A stretch of 52,448 nucleotides of DNA from a virus (Duplodnaviria; Caudoviricetes). Shown here piece by piece: positions 35,942 through 44,540 of the stretch. Where the stretch lies: positions 1 through 52,448 of the IMG/VR virus record IMGVR_UViG_3300036852_000332; one strand, written 5' to 3'. The notes beneath the pieces were generated by a model. That model was not told where the DNA came from. It saw only the letters and a list, made by a program, of their open reading frames with translations, and did no database searches. A program made the translations under genes and the position numbers. Within the stretch, counting starts at the first letter, position 1; the number at the start of each line of letters is the position of its first letter.

Positions 35942-36337
35942 CTACGCCGCGCGCAGTGGACGCACTAGGCGAAGTGCGTAAGCGGACCTATTCCTCTTTG
36001 TGCCCACTGCCTGAACGAAAGCGGCGCTAGCCGCCGCGCCCCCCACGGCGGCGAAATCACGGTGGTCCTCGGCGGTGAACCCCTCCGGCCGCAGGTCCGC
36101 CGCCTCGTAGGCCTCGAACGGGTCCAGGCCCAGCACCTCAACCAGGCGGTCGACCAGTTCGCGGTCGACGCGCACCGGGCCGCCGCGCTCGATCCGGGTG
36201 ATACCGGCGGCGTCGAAGACCCTGCCCGACTCGGGTAGCCGGCCGAGCTGCCGGGCCAGCTCGCTCTTGGAGTAGCCGCCTTGTCGGCGTGCCTGGGCGA
36301 CCAGCCGGCCGAAGTCGTGCGCGTCCATTCGTGCCAC
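35942..36337 (-). CDS. immunity repressor (XRE HTH)
   Basis: FG......R...G.S..ELA..L and I.RIE.G; divergent from Cro and upstream of int. Confidence 0.82.
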   Translation of the reverse strand: MARMDAHDFGRLVAQARRQGGYSKSELARQLGRLPESGRVFDAAGITRIERGGPVRVDRELVDRLVEVLGLDPFEAYEAADLRPEGFTAEDHRDFAAVGGAAASAAFVQAVGTKRNRSAYALRLVRPLRAA

Positions 36338-36382
36338 CTCTCGTGCCCGCGCCTGGACCGGTTGGCGCCCGTCCCTGGCATG

Positions 36383-36500
36383 AGCTTACAAGCGTACGCA
36401 CACAATTACTAGGCCTCTGAGCAGCAATGCCGGTGAAAATCCCTTGTGCGGCAATGCTTGTGAGGGATTGACAAGCGTACGCGCACAAGCGCAAGCTACC
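36383..36500. promoter_or_regulatory. divergent promoters and operators of the immunity switch
   Basis: ACAAGCGTACGC(A/G)CACAA at 36388-36405 and 36471-36488; TTGACA at 36468-36473; leftward TAAGCT at 36383-36388. Confidence 0.8.
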
Positions 36501-36545
36501 AACCTGCGGCGGCAGAGTTCATCCCACTTGTTAGGAGCAACCGAC

Positions 36546-36794
36546 TTGAGCGATCAGGACAGGACGAGCCCCTACGGCCGGGTGATTCGTCGGCTCCTCA
36601 AGGAGCGCAAGTGGAGCCAGATGGAACTCGCCCGCCGCTCAGGCCTTGGCCTCCAGGCCGTCAACGCGATCATCACCGGCCGTAGCCCGCGTCCCCAGAC
36701 CAGCAGCATGGACGCCATCGCTGAGGCGTTCGGCGTCCCCCGCGCCGAGCTGTACGCCGAGGCGCCAGAGGGAGTGACCAATGGCGCCGCGTAG
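36546..36794 (+). CDS. Cro-like XRE HTH protein
   Basis: AGGAG RBS with TTG start; WSQMELARRSGL....N.I..G...P......IA.AFGV. Confidence 0.85.
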   Translation: MSDQDRTSPYGRVIRRLLKERKWSQMELARRSGLGLQAVNAIITGRSPRPQTSSMDAIAEAFGVPRAELYAEAPEGVTNGAA

Positions 36795-37371
36795 CAAAGA
36801 CCTCTACTTCATCCAGGCGGCCAAGGTCGACCTCATCAAGATCGGCTCCAGCTTCAACGCGGTCCGGCGCACGGAAGGCTTCCAGGTCGGCAGCCCGGTC
36901 GCCTTGCGGCTGATCGGCGTGATCGAGGGCGCTGGTACATCAGAACGTGAACTACACCGCCGCTTTGCCGCCGCTCACGCCCACGGCGAGTGGTTCCACG
37001 CGACGCCTGAACTGCTCGCCTACGTTGCCGAGCATGCCCGGCCGGCCCGCTCGAAGACCGAACGAGTCGAGCCGTCGCGTGACCCGACCGAGGCAGCCAA
37101 GCCGTTCGCCTGGCGCGACCTCGCCCGTAAGCGGCGTCGCTTCCTGGAGCTCACCTGCGCCGAGGTTGCAGACGCGATCGGCGTGGGGGAGCCGACGCTC
37201 TGGCGCTGGGAGACCGGCAAGGGGCCGCAACCCCGCGTCCACCAATTCGAGGCGTGGGCCGCCGCGATCAAGGTGGATCCGGTCGCGCTGCTTGCGGCGA
37301 AGGAAGAAGACGCGATGGTGATCGCAATGGCCCCGGATTCCGAACCGGCCACGCCGAGGGGGGCAGCGTGA
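36781..37371 (+). CDS. T5orf172/MUG113 (GIY-YIG-like) domain fused to an XRE HTH
   Basis: LYFIQ...IKIG.S....R...Q.GSP...E..LH.RF.....GEWF; C-terminal VA..IGV...L.RWE.G. Confidence 0.8.
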   Translation: MAPRSKDLYFIQAAKVDLIKIGSSFNAVRRTEGFQVGSPVALRLIGVIEGAGTSERELHRRFAAAHAHGEWFHATPELLAYVAEHARPARSKTERVEPSRDPTEAAKPFAWRDLARKRRRFLELTCAEVADAIGVGEPTLWRWETGKGPQPRVHQFEAWAAAIKVDPVALLAAKEEDAMVIAMAPDSEPATPRGAA

Positions 37372-37523
37372 ATCGGCAGGCGCACACAACGAGGTGGCTG
37401 ACCGTCCTGGTGCTGACGAACTACGCCTGGCACGCCGGCCACATCACGACCGAGGAATACCTCGATCAGGAACAGATCCTGGAGCACCGGATCTGGGGGA
37501 CGGCCGCCAACGGCGCGGCCTAG
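37368..37523 (+). CDS. small hypothetical protein
   Basis: GTGA coupling. Confidence 0.5.
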   Translation: MNRQAHTTRWLTVLVLTNYAWHAGHITTEEYLDQEQILEHRIWGTAANGAA

Positions 37524-37617
37524 ACAGCCAGACGGCGCCACCGAGCGCGGGCTGCCAAGTGCGCGCCGATCGGGACGCCGCCAACCGGAAGGGCCTTCCA
37601 CAAGGGAGCGTAACCCA

Positions 37618-38268
37618 TTGAACCAGCCGGAGACCACCACCATGCCGGTCCACCGCGCGACCGCGAACGACCGGACCAGCGCCAAGGAGACCGCCGCCCT
37701 CGACCGGCTCGCCGCGCGGCTGCCCAACGGCGGCACCGCCGCCGCGCTGGACCTGGTCCGCGACTTCGCCTACGCCCTCGGCAACGCCACCGCGCGCAGG
37801 TGGTGCCAGCAGCTCGTCCGCGACGCCCGCAAGCTCCCCGCCCCGCCCAAGCGCGCCGACGGCAACCGGTTCGACGGCGACGGCGTGGCGCCGGCGGACC
37901 TGCCGGCCGAGGCCTTCATGTCCGGCGCCCTGGTCGACCTGTGGGGCGACTGCGAGGCGCTGCTCCGCGCCCGCGACGGCCTCTGGAACGCGGCCAGCAC
38001 GCCGCCGCCGGGGCGGGAACTGGCACCGGTCCGGACCGAGCCGATGCAGCGGGTGCCGGCCGAGGACCGGTTCCGCGCTCACTACAACGACGTCGCGGCG
38101 ATGACCCGCTGGGCGGCCGAGCACGACGACAGCGCGCCAGGGTGGATGGACCGCGCCGCCGCGGCGCTGGACGCCGAGCGGCGTACCGCCGGCCTGGTCG
38201 GCCCCGACGACGACACCGAGATGGTCGTGCTCGAAGGCGACCGCCGCACCGGAGGCGGTGCGCGGTGA
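37618..38268 (+). CDS. hypothetical protein
   Basis: GGGAG RBS; GC3-rich coding frame. Confidence 0.7.
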   Translation: MNQPETTTMPVHRATANDRTSAKETAALDRLAARLPNGGTAAALDLVRDFAYALGNATARRWCQQLVRDARKLPAPPKRADGNRFDGDGVAPADLPAEAFMSGALVDLWGDCEALLRARDGLWNAASTPPPGRELAPVRTEPMQRVPAEDRFRAHYNDVAAMTRWAAEHDDSAPGWMDRAAAALDAERRTAGLVGPDDDTEMVVLEGDRRTGGGAR

Positions 38269-38546
38269 GCGGCCGCCTGGACTCCTTCCTCGCCGGCATC
38301 CACGCCATGGACCGGCCCGCCTGGTACGTCTCGAACGAGGACCAGTCCACCGTCGCGCTGCGCGAACTGTTCGCCCTCGACGGCATTGACTTGGATGACC
38401 CCGCCCAGGCGCGCGCGGCGGTGGCGGCCGTGCTGTGGGCCAACGCGCTGATCGACGACGAAGGCGGCAACTGGTCCGGCGTGCTGCGCGGCCTGGCCGT
38501 GACCCTGGCGCGGATGGCGGCGGAGGCTGGGAGGGCCGAGCGGTGA
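38265..38546 (+). CDS. hypothetical protein
   Basis: GGAGG RBS; GTGA coupling. Confidence 0.65.
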   Translation: MSGRLDSFLAGIHAMDRPAWYVSNEDQSTVALRELFALDGIDLDDPAQARAAVAAVLWANALIDDEGGNWSGVLRGLAVTLARMAAEAGRAER

Positions 38547-38779
38547 GCACCCTTGCGGAGTTGCGCGACGACCCGCGCGTCCGGGGCGCGCTCGCCAAGG
38601 CGGTCGAGTGGGCCGAGGCCTGCGACGCCGCCGCCCGCCAGGTGCTCTACGAGTACGTCGAGACCAACGCCAACCCGACGCCCGAGCACTACGTCCGGGC
38701 CACCGAGGCCGCATCCGCCGCCGGGCGGCTGTGGGCGGCCGTCCACGCCGCCACCCGACCCAACGGCGCGAAGGACTGA
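38543..38779 (+). CDS. hypothetical protein
   Basis: GTGA coupling. Confidence 0.65.
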   Translation: MSTLAELRDDPRVRGALAKAVEWAEACDAAARQVLYEYVETNANPTPEHYVRATEAASAAGRLWAAVHAATRPNGAKD

Positions 38780-38782
38780 ACC

Positions 38783-38956
38783 ATGGATCTCACTGAGCTG
38801 TGCGAACTGGTCGGGGATGCGATCGCTGAGGGCACGTTCCCGAGTGGCCGGATCGAAGCCGCCTGGACCGACAGCGCGTCCGTGTGGGTCGAGACGGCCG
38901 ATGGTGAGCGGTTCCGCCTCGACGTGACCTTGGAAGGCAAGGTCGGTGAGCCGTGA
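38783..38956 (+). CDS. hypothetical protein (57 aa)
   Basis: AAGGA RBS; stop overlaps the next start. Confidence 0.6.
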   Translation: MDLTELCELVGDAIAEGTFPSGRIEAAWTDSASVWVETADGERFRLDVTLEGKVGEP

Positions 38957-39141
38957 CCCGGCTCTCCTCGCCGCCGCGGCCCGTGCCCCGGCCGCCGACG
39001 TGGCTGCTCGCGTTCGGCTGGGCCCTCGCCGGGCTGGGCTGGCTCGCCTGCCTCAGCGGGTTCGGGTTCGTCGCGCAGGGCGTCTTCGCCGCGCTCGGGC
39101 TGTGGTGGGCCAGGTGGCTCGCCTCGAAGGACCGGCCATGA
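38953..39141 (+). CDS. small two-TM membrane protein
   Basis: Hydrophobic; coupled on both sides. Confidence 0.6.
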   Translation: MTRLSSPPRPVPRPPTWLLAFGWALAGLGWLACLSGFGFVAQGVFAALGLWWARWLASKDRP

Positions 39142-39377
39142 CCGGCATCCAGGACTCTGGCGGGAGCAGCTTCCGCGTTCCGTCCGCCTACGGGCGGTGC
39201 CGCCGTCCGCGCTGCTACCAGCCACCCGTCGCGGACATGTGGCGAGGCCACGGTGCGCCCGATTCTGACGAGCGCGGCAGCTGGTACGCCTACCGCACCG
39301 AGCACTTGCGCGACTACCGCCGTGAGGTCCGCGACGGGCGCATCCGGTTCCTGCCTCGCCGTGAGGCCGCGTCGTGA
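39138..39377 (+). CDS. hypothetical protein
   Basis: ATGA coupling; C....C..P..A...R...WYAY pattern. Confidence 0.55.
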   Translation: MTGIQDSGGSSFRVPSAYGRCRRPRCYQPPVADMWRGHGAPDSDERGSWYAYRTEHLRDYRREVRDGRIRFLPRREAAS

Positions 39378-39571
39378 CCGCCGCCGCGCACCTCGCCTCC
39401 TTCGAGGCCGCCGGGGACGCCGCCGTCCACGCCCACCTCATGTTCAGCCACCGCGAGCGGCTACGGCAGCTCGGCCTGGACGGTCCCACGCTGGCCGGCC
39501 AGTCGGCCGCGCTGCTGCACCGCCGCGTCCACGACGACGAATGCTACTTCCCCACGGAGGCCCCAGCATGA
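39374..39571 (+). CDS. hypothetical His-rich protein
   Basis: Coupled on both sides. Confidence 0.6.
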   Translation: MTAAAHLASFEAAGDAAVHAHLMFSHRERLRQLGLDGPTLAGQSAALLHRRVHDDECYFPTEAPA

Positions 39572-40083
39572 CCACCCTGGAAAGCCCGATCGTCGGCCTC
39601 ATCCCGGTCCGTGGCGGCGCCTACTCCGTCGATCCTGTCCGGGGACTCGTCTACGGCCCACGCGGCGTCCCGATCGGCAACCCCGATGGCTCCGGTCATA
39701 TCCAAGTCGACGGCCGCTCTCGTCAGCTCGGCCAGCCATTCGCCCACCACCTCATCTGGGAAGCCGTCCACGGCCCGGTTCCTGATGGCTTGGAGATCAA
39801 CCATCGCAACGGCATCAAGGCCGATAACCGCATCGCCAACCTCGAGGTGGTGACGCGGCAGCAGAACGTTCTGCACGCCTATGCGACCGGCCTGAAGTCC
39901 AACGCGGGCGAGAAGCACCCGAGCCACCGGCTCACCGAGGCCCAGGTCCGCGAGATCCGCCGCCGCGCGGATGGTGGCGAGCCGCACAAGCTGCTGGCCG
40001 CCGAGTACGGCATCAGCCGCCGCCAGGTCAACGACGTGGCTGGCCGCCGCGCCTGGGCACATGTCACAGAGGAGTCGGCATGA
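39568..40083 (+). CDS. HNH homing endonuclease with C-terminal HTH
   Basis: HHLIWEA.HG, INH.NG.K.DN.I.NLE.VT...N..H; LTE.QV.EIR...LA.EYGIS. Confidence 0.9.
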   Translation: MTTLESPIVGLIPVRGGAYSVDPVRGLVYGPRGVPIGNPDGSGHIQVDGRSRQLGQPFAHHLIWEAVHGPVPDGLEINHRNGIKADNRIANLEVVTRQQNVLHAYATGLKSNAGEKHPSHRLTEAQVREIRRRADGGEPHKLLAAEYGISRRQVNDVAGRRAWAHVTEESA

Positions 40084-41294
40084 CCGAACTCGATACCTAC
40101 GACGAGCAGGCCGCGCGGGGCATCCGCACCCTCACCTACCGCTACCGCGAGCTGGGTCGGCTCCGTGCCGGGGAGCAGCGCGTCTCCCGCAACGGCAAGC
40201 GCTATCCCGTCAAGCTCGACACGTTCCGGTTCACCTCGACGGACTGGCGGCTCATCCAGCGTGCCGCCGACCTCTACGGCGGTACGCCGTCCCGCTGGGA
40301 AGACGCGCCCGGGTGGAACAAGGACAAGCAGACCGGCCGCCGCCAGTACCAGGTCACCGTCGAGGCTGACCGCATCTTGGTGTCGATTCCCGAACAGCAG
40401 CAGCTCTCCCAGTGCATGGAGCACTGGACCGCCGCCGGTTGCCAGCGCCGCTGCAACGGCGTGGCCATGACCACCGGCGAGCCGTGCGAATGCCGCGCCG
40501 AGATGGCCTCAGGCGCACCGCAGCTCTGCGACCACGTCACCAGGGTCAACTTCGTGCTACCGAACCTGCCGGGGCTCGGCGTGTGGCGACTGCAGTCGCA
40601 TGGCGTGTTTACCGCCTCGGAGCTGCCGTTGCAGTTGGCCATGGCCTCTAGGTACGGCCCGGACCTTGAATGGTGGTTGCGCCTGGACCCGCGCACCTAC
40701 CCGACCACCGACGAGCACGGCAAGCCGGTGACGTTCCAGTATGGCGTGCCGGTCCTGGATACCGACCGGACCCCGGCCGAGCTGTACGCGCTGGCCGCGA
40801 CCGAGCAGGCCTCGCTCGCGCTTGAGGCGCCGACCGCCCAATGGTCCGTGCCGGGCCCCGACCAGGCCCCCCCGGTCGGTGTGCCCGGCGCGGACTTCAC
40901 CGGTGGACGGGAAGGCGCGGCGATGGCCACGGCGCGCCTCCCGGCCCCTGACCCCGACGCTACCCCCGCGTCGGGTGCCAGCCCCGCCACACCCCACCGT
41001 GGCCGTCCCAGGGCTGGCCAGCCGGCCGCCGAGGGTGGCGCCTCACCCTCGGCGCCGGCCCCAAGCTCGTCCGGGGAGGTGGCCGGTAGCGCGAGCGCCA
41101 GCACCCTCGCACAAGGGAAGCACACCTCCCCGGACGACGACCCGGAGGGCGAGGCCGCCCGGCTGTTCGCCGAGCGCGCCTGCACCTGCGCCGACGACCC
41201 CGCCGTTGGGGTGGGTCCCGACCCCGGCTGCCCGATCCACGCCCGCGCGCCGGACGGCTGGCCCCGCGACACCAACGAAGGGACCGCACCGTGA
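40080..41294 (+). CDS. phiC31 gp3-like (recombination directionality factor-like) protein
   Basis: ELGRLR.G...P.KLDTFRFTS, CQRRC.G and GVWRL.S.G..A.EL motifs; low-complexity C-terminus. Confidence 0.7.
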   Translation: MTELDTYDEQAARGIRTLTYRYRELGRLRAGEQRVSRNGKRYPVKLDTFRFTSTDWRLIQRAADLYGGTPSRWEDAPGWNKDKQTGRRQYQVTVEADRILVSIPEQQQLSQCMEHWTAAGCQRRCNGVAMTTGEPCECRAEMASGAPQLCDHVTRVNFVLPNLPGLGVWRLQSHGVFTASELPLQLAMASRYGPDLEWWLRLDPRTYPTTDEHGKPVTFQYGVPVLDTDRTPAELYALAATEQASLALEAPTAQWSVPGPDQAPPVGVPGADFTGGREGAAMATARLPAPDPDATPASGASPATPHRGRPRAGQPAAEGGASPSAPAPSSSGEVAGSASASTLAQGKHTSPDDDPEGEAARLFAERACTCADDPAVGVGPDPGCPIHARAPDGWPRDTNEGTAP

Positions 41295-41602
41295 CCACGA
41301 CCGCGCGGGGCCTCACCCCCGACGAGGAGCTCCTGCTCGCCGAGCTCCGGGCCCGCCACGCGGCCCGGACCCGCGCCCGCCGCGGCGAGCAGCAGGCCCG
41401 TGACCGCCGCGGCGAACCCCTCGAGCCGCTGCTGCGCACCGCCGAGGTCGCCCAGTGGCTGCAGGTGTCCCAGCGGACCGTCCTGGCCTGGGCCGCCTCG
41501 GGCCGGCTGCCGAGCATTACTACCCCCGGCGGGCACCACAGGTTCCGCGCCCCGGACGTCGAACGGGTCCGCGCCGTGATGTGGAAGGACTCCCAGCCAT
41601 GA
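41291..41602 (+). CDS. BldC/excisionase-like MerR HTH protein
   Basis: EPLL..AEVA....V...TV..WA..G.L.SI.TPGGH.RF. Confidence 0.85.
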   Translation: MTTTARGLTPDEELLLAELRARHAARTRARRGEQQARDRRGEPLEPLLRTAEVAQWLQVSQRTVLAWAASGRLPSITTPGGHHRFRAPDVERVRAVMWKDSQP

Positions 41603-41814
41603 CCGCCACCCGTCCCACCTACCTGCGTGCCGGCCAGGTCGCCAAGATCCTGCTGGTCTCGCCGAAGACGATCTCCCGTTGGGCCGCCGAGGGCAAGCTG
41701 CCGCACCAGCGCACCCTCGGCGGGCACCGCCGCTACCGCGAGGCCGATATCCGCGAGCTGATCCGGACCCTCGACCAGACAGGCGGCCAGGGAGGTGAGG
41801 CCGGCAATTCCTGA
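41599..41814 (+). CDS. BldC-like MerR HTH protein
   Basis: VA....V.PKT..RWA..GKL...RTLGGHRRYREA. Confidence 0.87.
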   Translation: MTATRPTYLRAGQVAKILLVSPKTISRWAAEGKLPHQRTLGGHRRYREADIRELIRTLDQTGGQGGEAGNS

Positions 41815-41973
41815 CACTTGAGTCCGCAGCTGCACGTGACCCTTGAACCGCGAATTCGCAACCGTCATTGCTCGTGCCGTCCGGCCGGTGGCACGAGCCC
41901 CATTCCAGGACCCTATTCCCGAGACCGACTGTCCGGCCCGCGGGCGGGCAGGCGGAGATGAGTAGGAGCCAAC

Positions 41974-43932
41974 GTGACGCAGGGCAGGCAGCGATTCTCT
42001 GAGCCAGAGCGAGATCGGCTCTGGGATCTATGGAGTGGTCGCTGTGCCGAATGCGGCAAGCCGCTTGAGGCTGGATGGCACGTCGATCACGAGGTGCCGC
42101 GAGTTGCTGGCGGGCCGACTGCCCTCGGCAACGGCCGGCCGGTCTGCCCGGAGCACAACCTGAAGAAGGGAGCACGAATGGAGTTGCGGCGTGCACAACA
42201 GCAGCTCGTTGAGAAGGTGCTGGACAACGTCGCGCGCCGCAAGACGGTCACGGTCGCGCTGCTGGCGCCCGGTGCGGGCAAGACCCTGGGCTGGGAGGCA
42301 GCGGCCAACGAACTGTACCGGCCGCCGAGGGGTCAGGTCCGGACGGTGGTCGCGCTCGCGCCGCGGCTCAACCTCTGTTCCCAGGCTGAGCTGGAATGGG
42401 CACAGCGCCACTCGGGCTTCCCGAAGCCACGGATGGGCAGCATCGCCCACGCGCCGAACCGCCGACCGCTCCTGAAGCCGGACGAGTGGGGCTACACGAC
42501 GACCTACTCCTCGTTGGTGTCGAAGCCCTGGATGCATGTGGATTTCGCGCAGGAGCACCTCGACCAGTTCCTGCTCGTCCTGGACGAGGCGCAGATCCTT
42601 GGCATGGATGAGGAGCAGGGGACGCAGGCCGCGAAGTACGTTCAGCAGATCCAACCGCTCGCCTTCCACACGATCCTGCTGACTGCCACCCCCGAGCGTG
42701 CTGATGGCCAGCCGCTCCTGTTCGCCTCCTACGGGGAGAAGGACGCCCACGGCTACCGGAAGTTGCTGGCTGACGTGGTCTCGGGCTACCGCGAGGGCAT
42801 CACCGAACGCTACCTGCGGCCGTACCAGGGGGACCTGACCGACGCCACGATGCGTCACCGCTGGGTGGGCGCGGCAGCGGCAGAGGAATGGCGGCTCTCG
42901 GAGAATTCTGACGAGCTGTACAAGTTCATCCGCCAGCCGGAAGTGTGGCAGCCCCTTGTCGACCAGACGGTCGAACGCATCCGCAGGATCAAGCTGCTCG
43001 ATCCGCGGTACTGCGGGCTGATCGCCGCCGCGTACCAGGACGATATCCCTGACATCCAGGCGTACGTGGCGCAGCACCATCCCGACATGAAGGTGCTCGT
43101 GGCACGGTCCGCCGACCCCGGCAAAGAGGGGCTACGGAACCTTGCCCAATTTCGGCAGGGCGGTCATGACCTGCTCATCACCGTCCGAATGGCCTACATC
43201 GGCTATGACCATCCGCCGATCACCGCCATCTGCGTCCTGACCAACTTCCGGGACAAGGGGCACCTATACCAGCTTGTTGGCAGGGGCATGCGCGTGTGGA
43301 GGGAACGGCCGGCCTCCGAGCAGCACCTCTACGTGATCGCCCCGCAGGACAGGAAGATGCAGGACTTCCTCGTCGAGCTGCGGGCAGAGACCGAGGCTGG
43401 CCTGCGCGAGCGAGCCCACCGAGAAGGCGGTGATCCGCCTGGCCCGCCACGGCTGGGGCAGGTTGAGGAGACCCACATCGGGGACACCGCCACGATCGGT
43501 TTGGAGCCGGACGGCGACCTGGAGCCGGCGGAGCGGACCTGGCTGCGTGAGCAGATGGAACGGCACCACCTCGTGATGGCTCCCGAGTCAGGCGTCGCCA
43601 GCCTCTTGCGGGCGGCAGGTGGGCTCATCCTCGGAAGGTCCGCAGCCCCACCGGCCGAGCCCGTGGTTGCGGCCCCCGTGGCGACCAAGACGCGGGAAGA
43701 GCAGCGCCGGGAGAAGGGCGTTGCATGCAGGACGGCAATTGCTCGCTATCTCGCACAGCATGAGGGTCTCACCTCGCAGGGAACGCCGGTGCAGTTCCGG
43801 GACCGCGTTCGGTACCTAAACAACTGGCTCAATGGCGAACAGCGAGTGCCGAACGTCGAGCACCTCAGCCTTGAACAGTGGGACGAGCGTCTGCGGATCA
43901 TCCAGTCGTGGCCGAGCGGCGGCGCGCCATGA
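41974..43932 (+). CDS. HNH nuclease - SF2 (DExD/H) helicase fusion
   Basis: CAECG..WHVDH..P...GG.T...N....C..HN.KKG; PGAGKT, LDEAQ, TAT and QLVGRGMR. Confidence 0.88.
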   Translation: MTQGRQRFSEPERDRLWDLWSGRCAECGKPLEAGWHVDHEVPRVAGGPTALGNGRPVCPEHNLKKGARMELRRAQQQLVEKVLDNVARRKTVTVALLAPGAGKTLGWEAAANELYRPPRGQVRTVVALAPRLNLCSQAELEWAQRHSGFPKPRMGSIAHAPNRRPLLKPDEWGYTTTYSSLVSKPWMHVDFAQEHLDQFLLVLDEAQILGMDEEQGTQAAKYVQQIQPLAFHTILLTATPERADGQPLLFASYGEKDAHGYRKLLADVVSGYREGITERYLRPYQGDLTDATMRHRWVGAAAAEEWRLSENSDELYKFIRQPEVWQPLVDQTVERIRRIKLLDPRYCGLIAAAYQDDIPDIQAYVAQHHPDMKVLVARSADPGKEGLRNLAQFRQGGHDLLITVRMAYIGYDHPPITAICVLTNFRDKGHLYQLVGRGMRVWRERPASEQHLYVIAPQDRKMQDFLVELRAETEAGLRERAHREGGDPPGPPRLGQVEETHIGDTATIGLEPDGDLEPAERTWLREQMERHHLVMAPESGVASLLRAAGGLILGRSAAPPAEPVVAAPVATKTREEQRREKGVACRTAIARYLAQHEGLTSQGTPVQFRDRVRYLNNWLNGEQRVPNVEHLSLEQWDERLRIIQSWPSGGAP

Positions 43933-44540
43933 GCACGCGGGTCATCAGCAACGCGGCGCGCAGCCATGAGGAGGAGCTGCGCGACCGGCTGCGGCTGGCT
44001 GTCCGTCGGGACGGTGGCGACCCGTCGTCGTTCTTGGAGCTGCTCTCGGATGCCGTGGCGGAGCGGATCTGGGAGAAGCTCGGCACGACCCGGTCCTTCC
44101 GGGAATTCGTCGAGGCGCCGATCCCTGACGGACTCGGTCTGGACGAGGCCACGCTGTCACGGCTGATCGCCTTCTCGCACCACCACGAGGACAAGGACCC
44201 AGGCTTGCGCGAGAGCTTGGCCGGCATGCGACGGTTCGTGCGCAGCGAGCTAAATCCCAAGGCTCCCGAACATGTAGGGCGTGGACATAGCTCTGATAAT
44301 ATCAAACCTAACTCTGGTGGAGACAGCGAGACCTATTGGCTGCGCCGGCTCAAGCGGGACGCCCCGGAGCTTGCCGAGCGCGTCCTTGACGGTGAGTTGT
44401 CCGCCAATGCCGCCGCGATCAAGGCTGGCCTGAAGCCCCGCAAGATCAGCGTCAGGATCGATGACGTGTCCCTGCTAGCGGGGACGCTGCGCCGCCGCCT
44501 GACCGCCGATCAGCTCACCGAACTACGGGGGCTGCTGTGA
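43929..44540 (+). CDS. putative DNA-binding protein
   Basis: F.EFV..P.P.GLG and Y.LRRLKRDAP.LA..V..GE.SA.AAA..AG; coupled to the helicase gene. Confidence 0.7.
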   Translation: MSTRVISNAARSHEEELRDRLRLAVRRDGGDPSSFLELLSDAVAERIWEKLGTTRSFREFVEAPIPDGLGLDEATLSRLIAFSHHHEDKDPGLRESLAGMRRFVRSELNPKAPEHVGRGHSSDNIKPNSGGDSETYWLRRLKRDAPELAERVLDGELSANAAAIKAGLKPRKISVRIDDVSLLAGTLRRRLTADQLTELRGLL

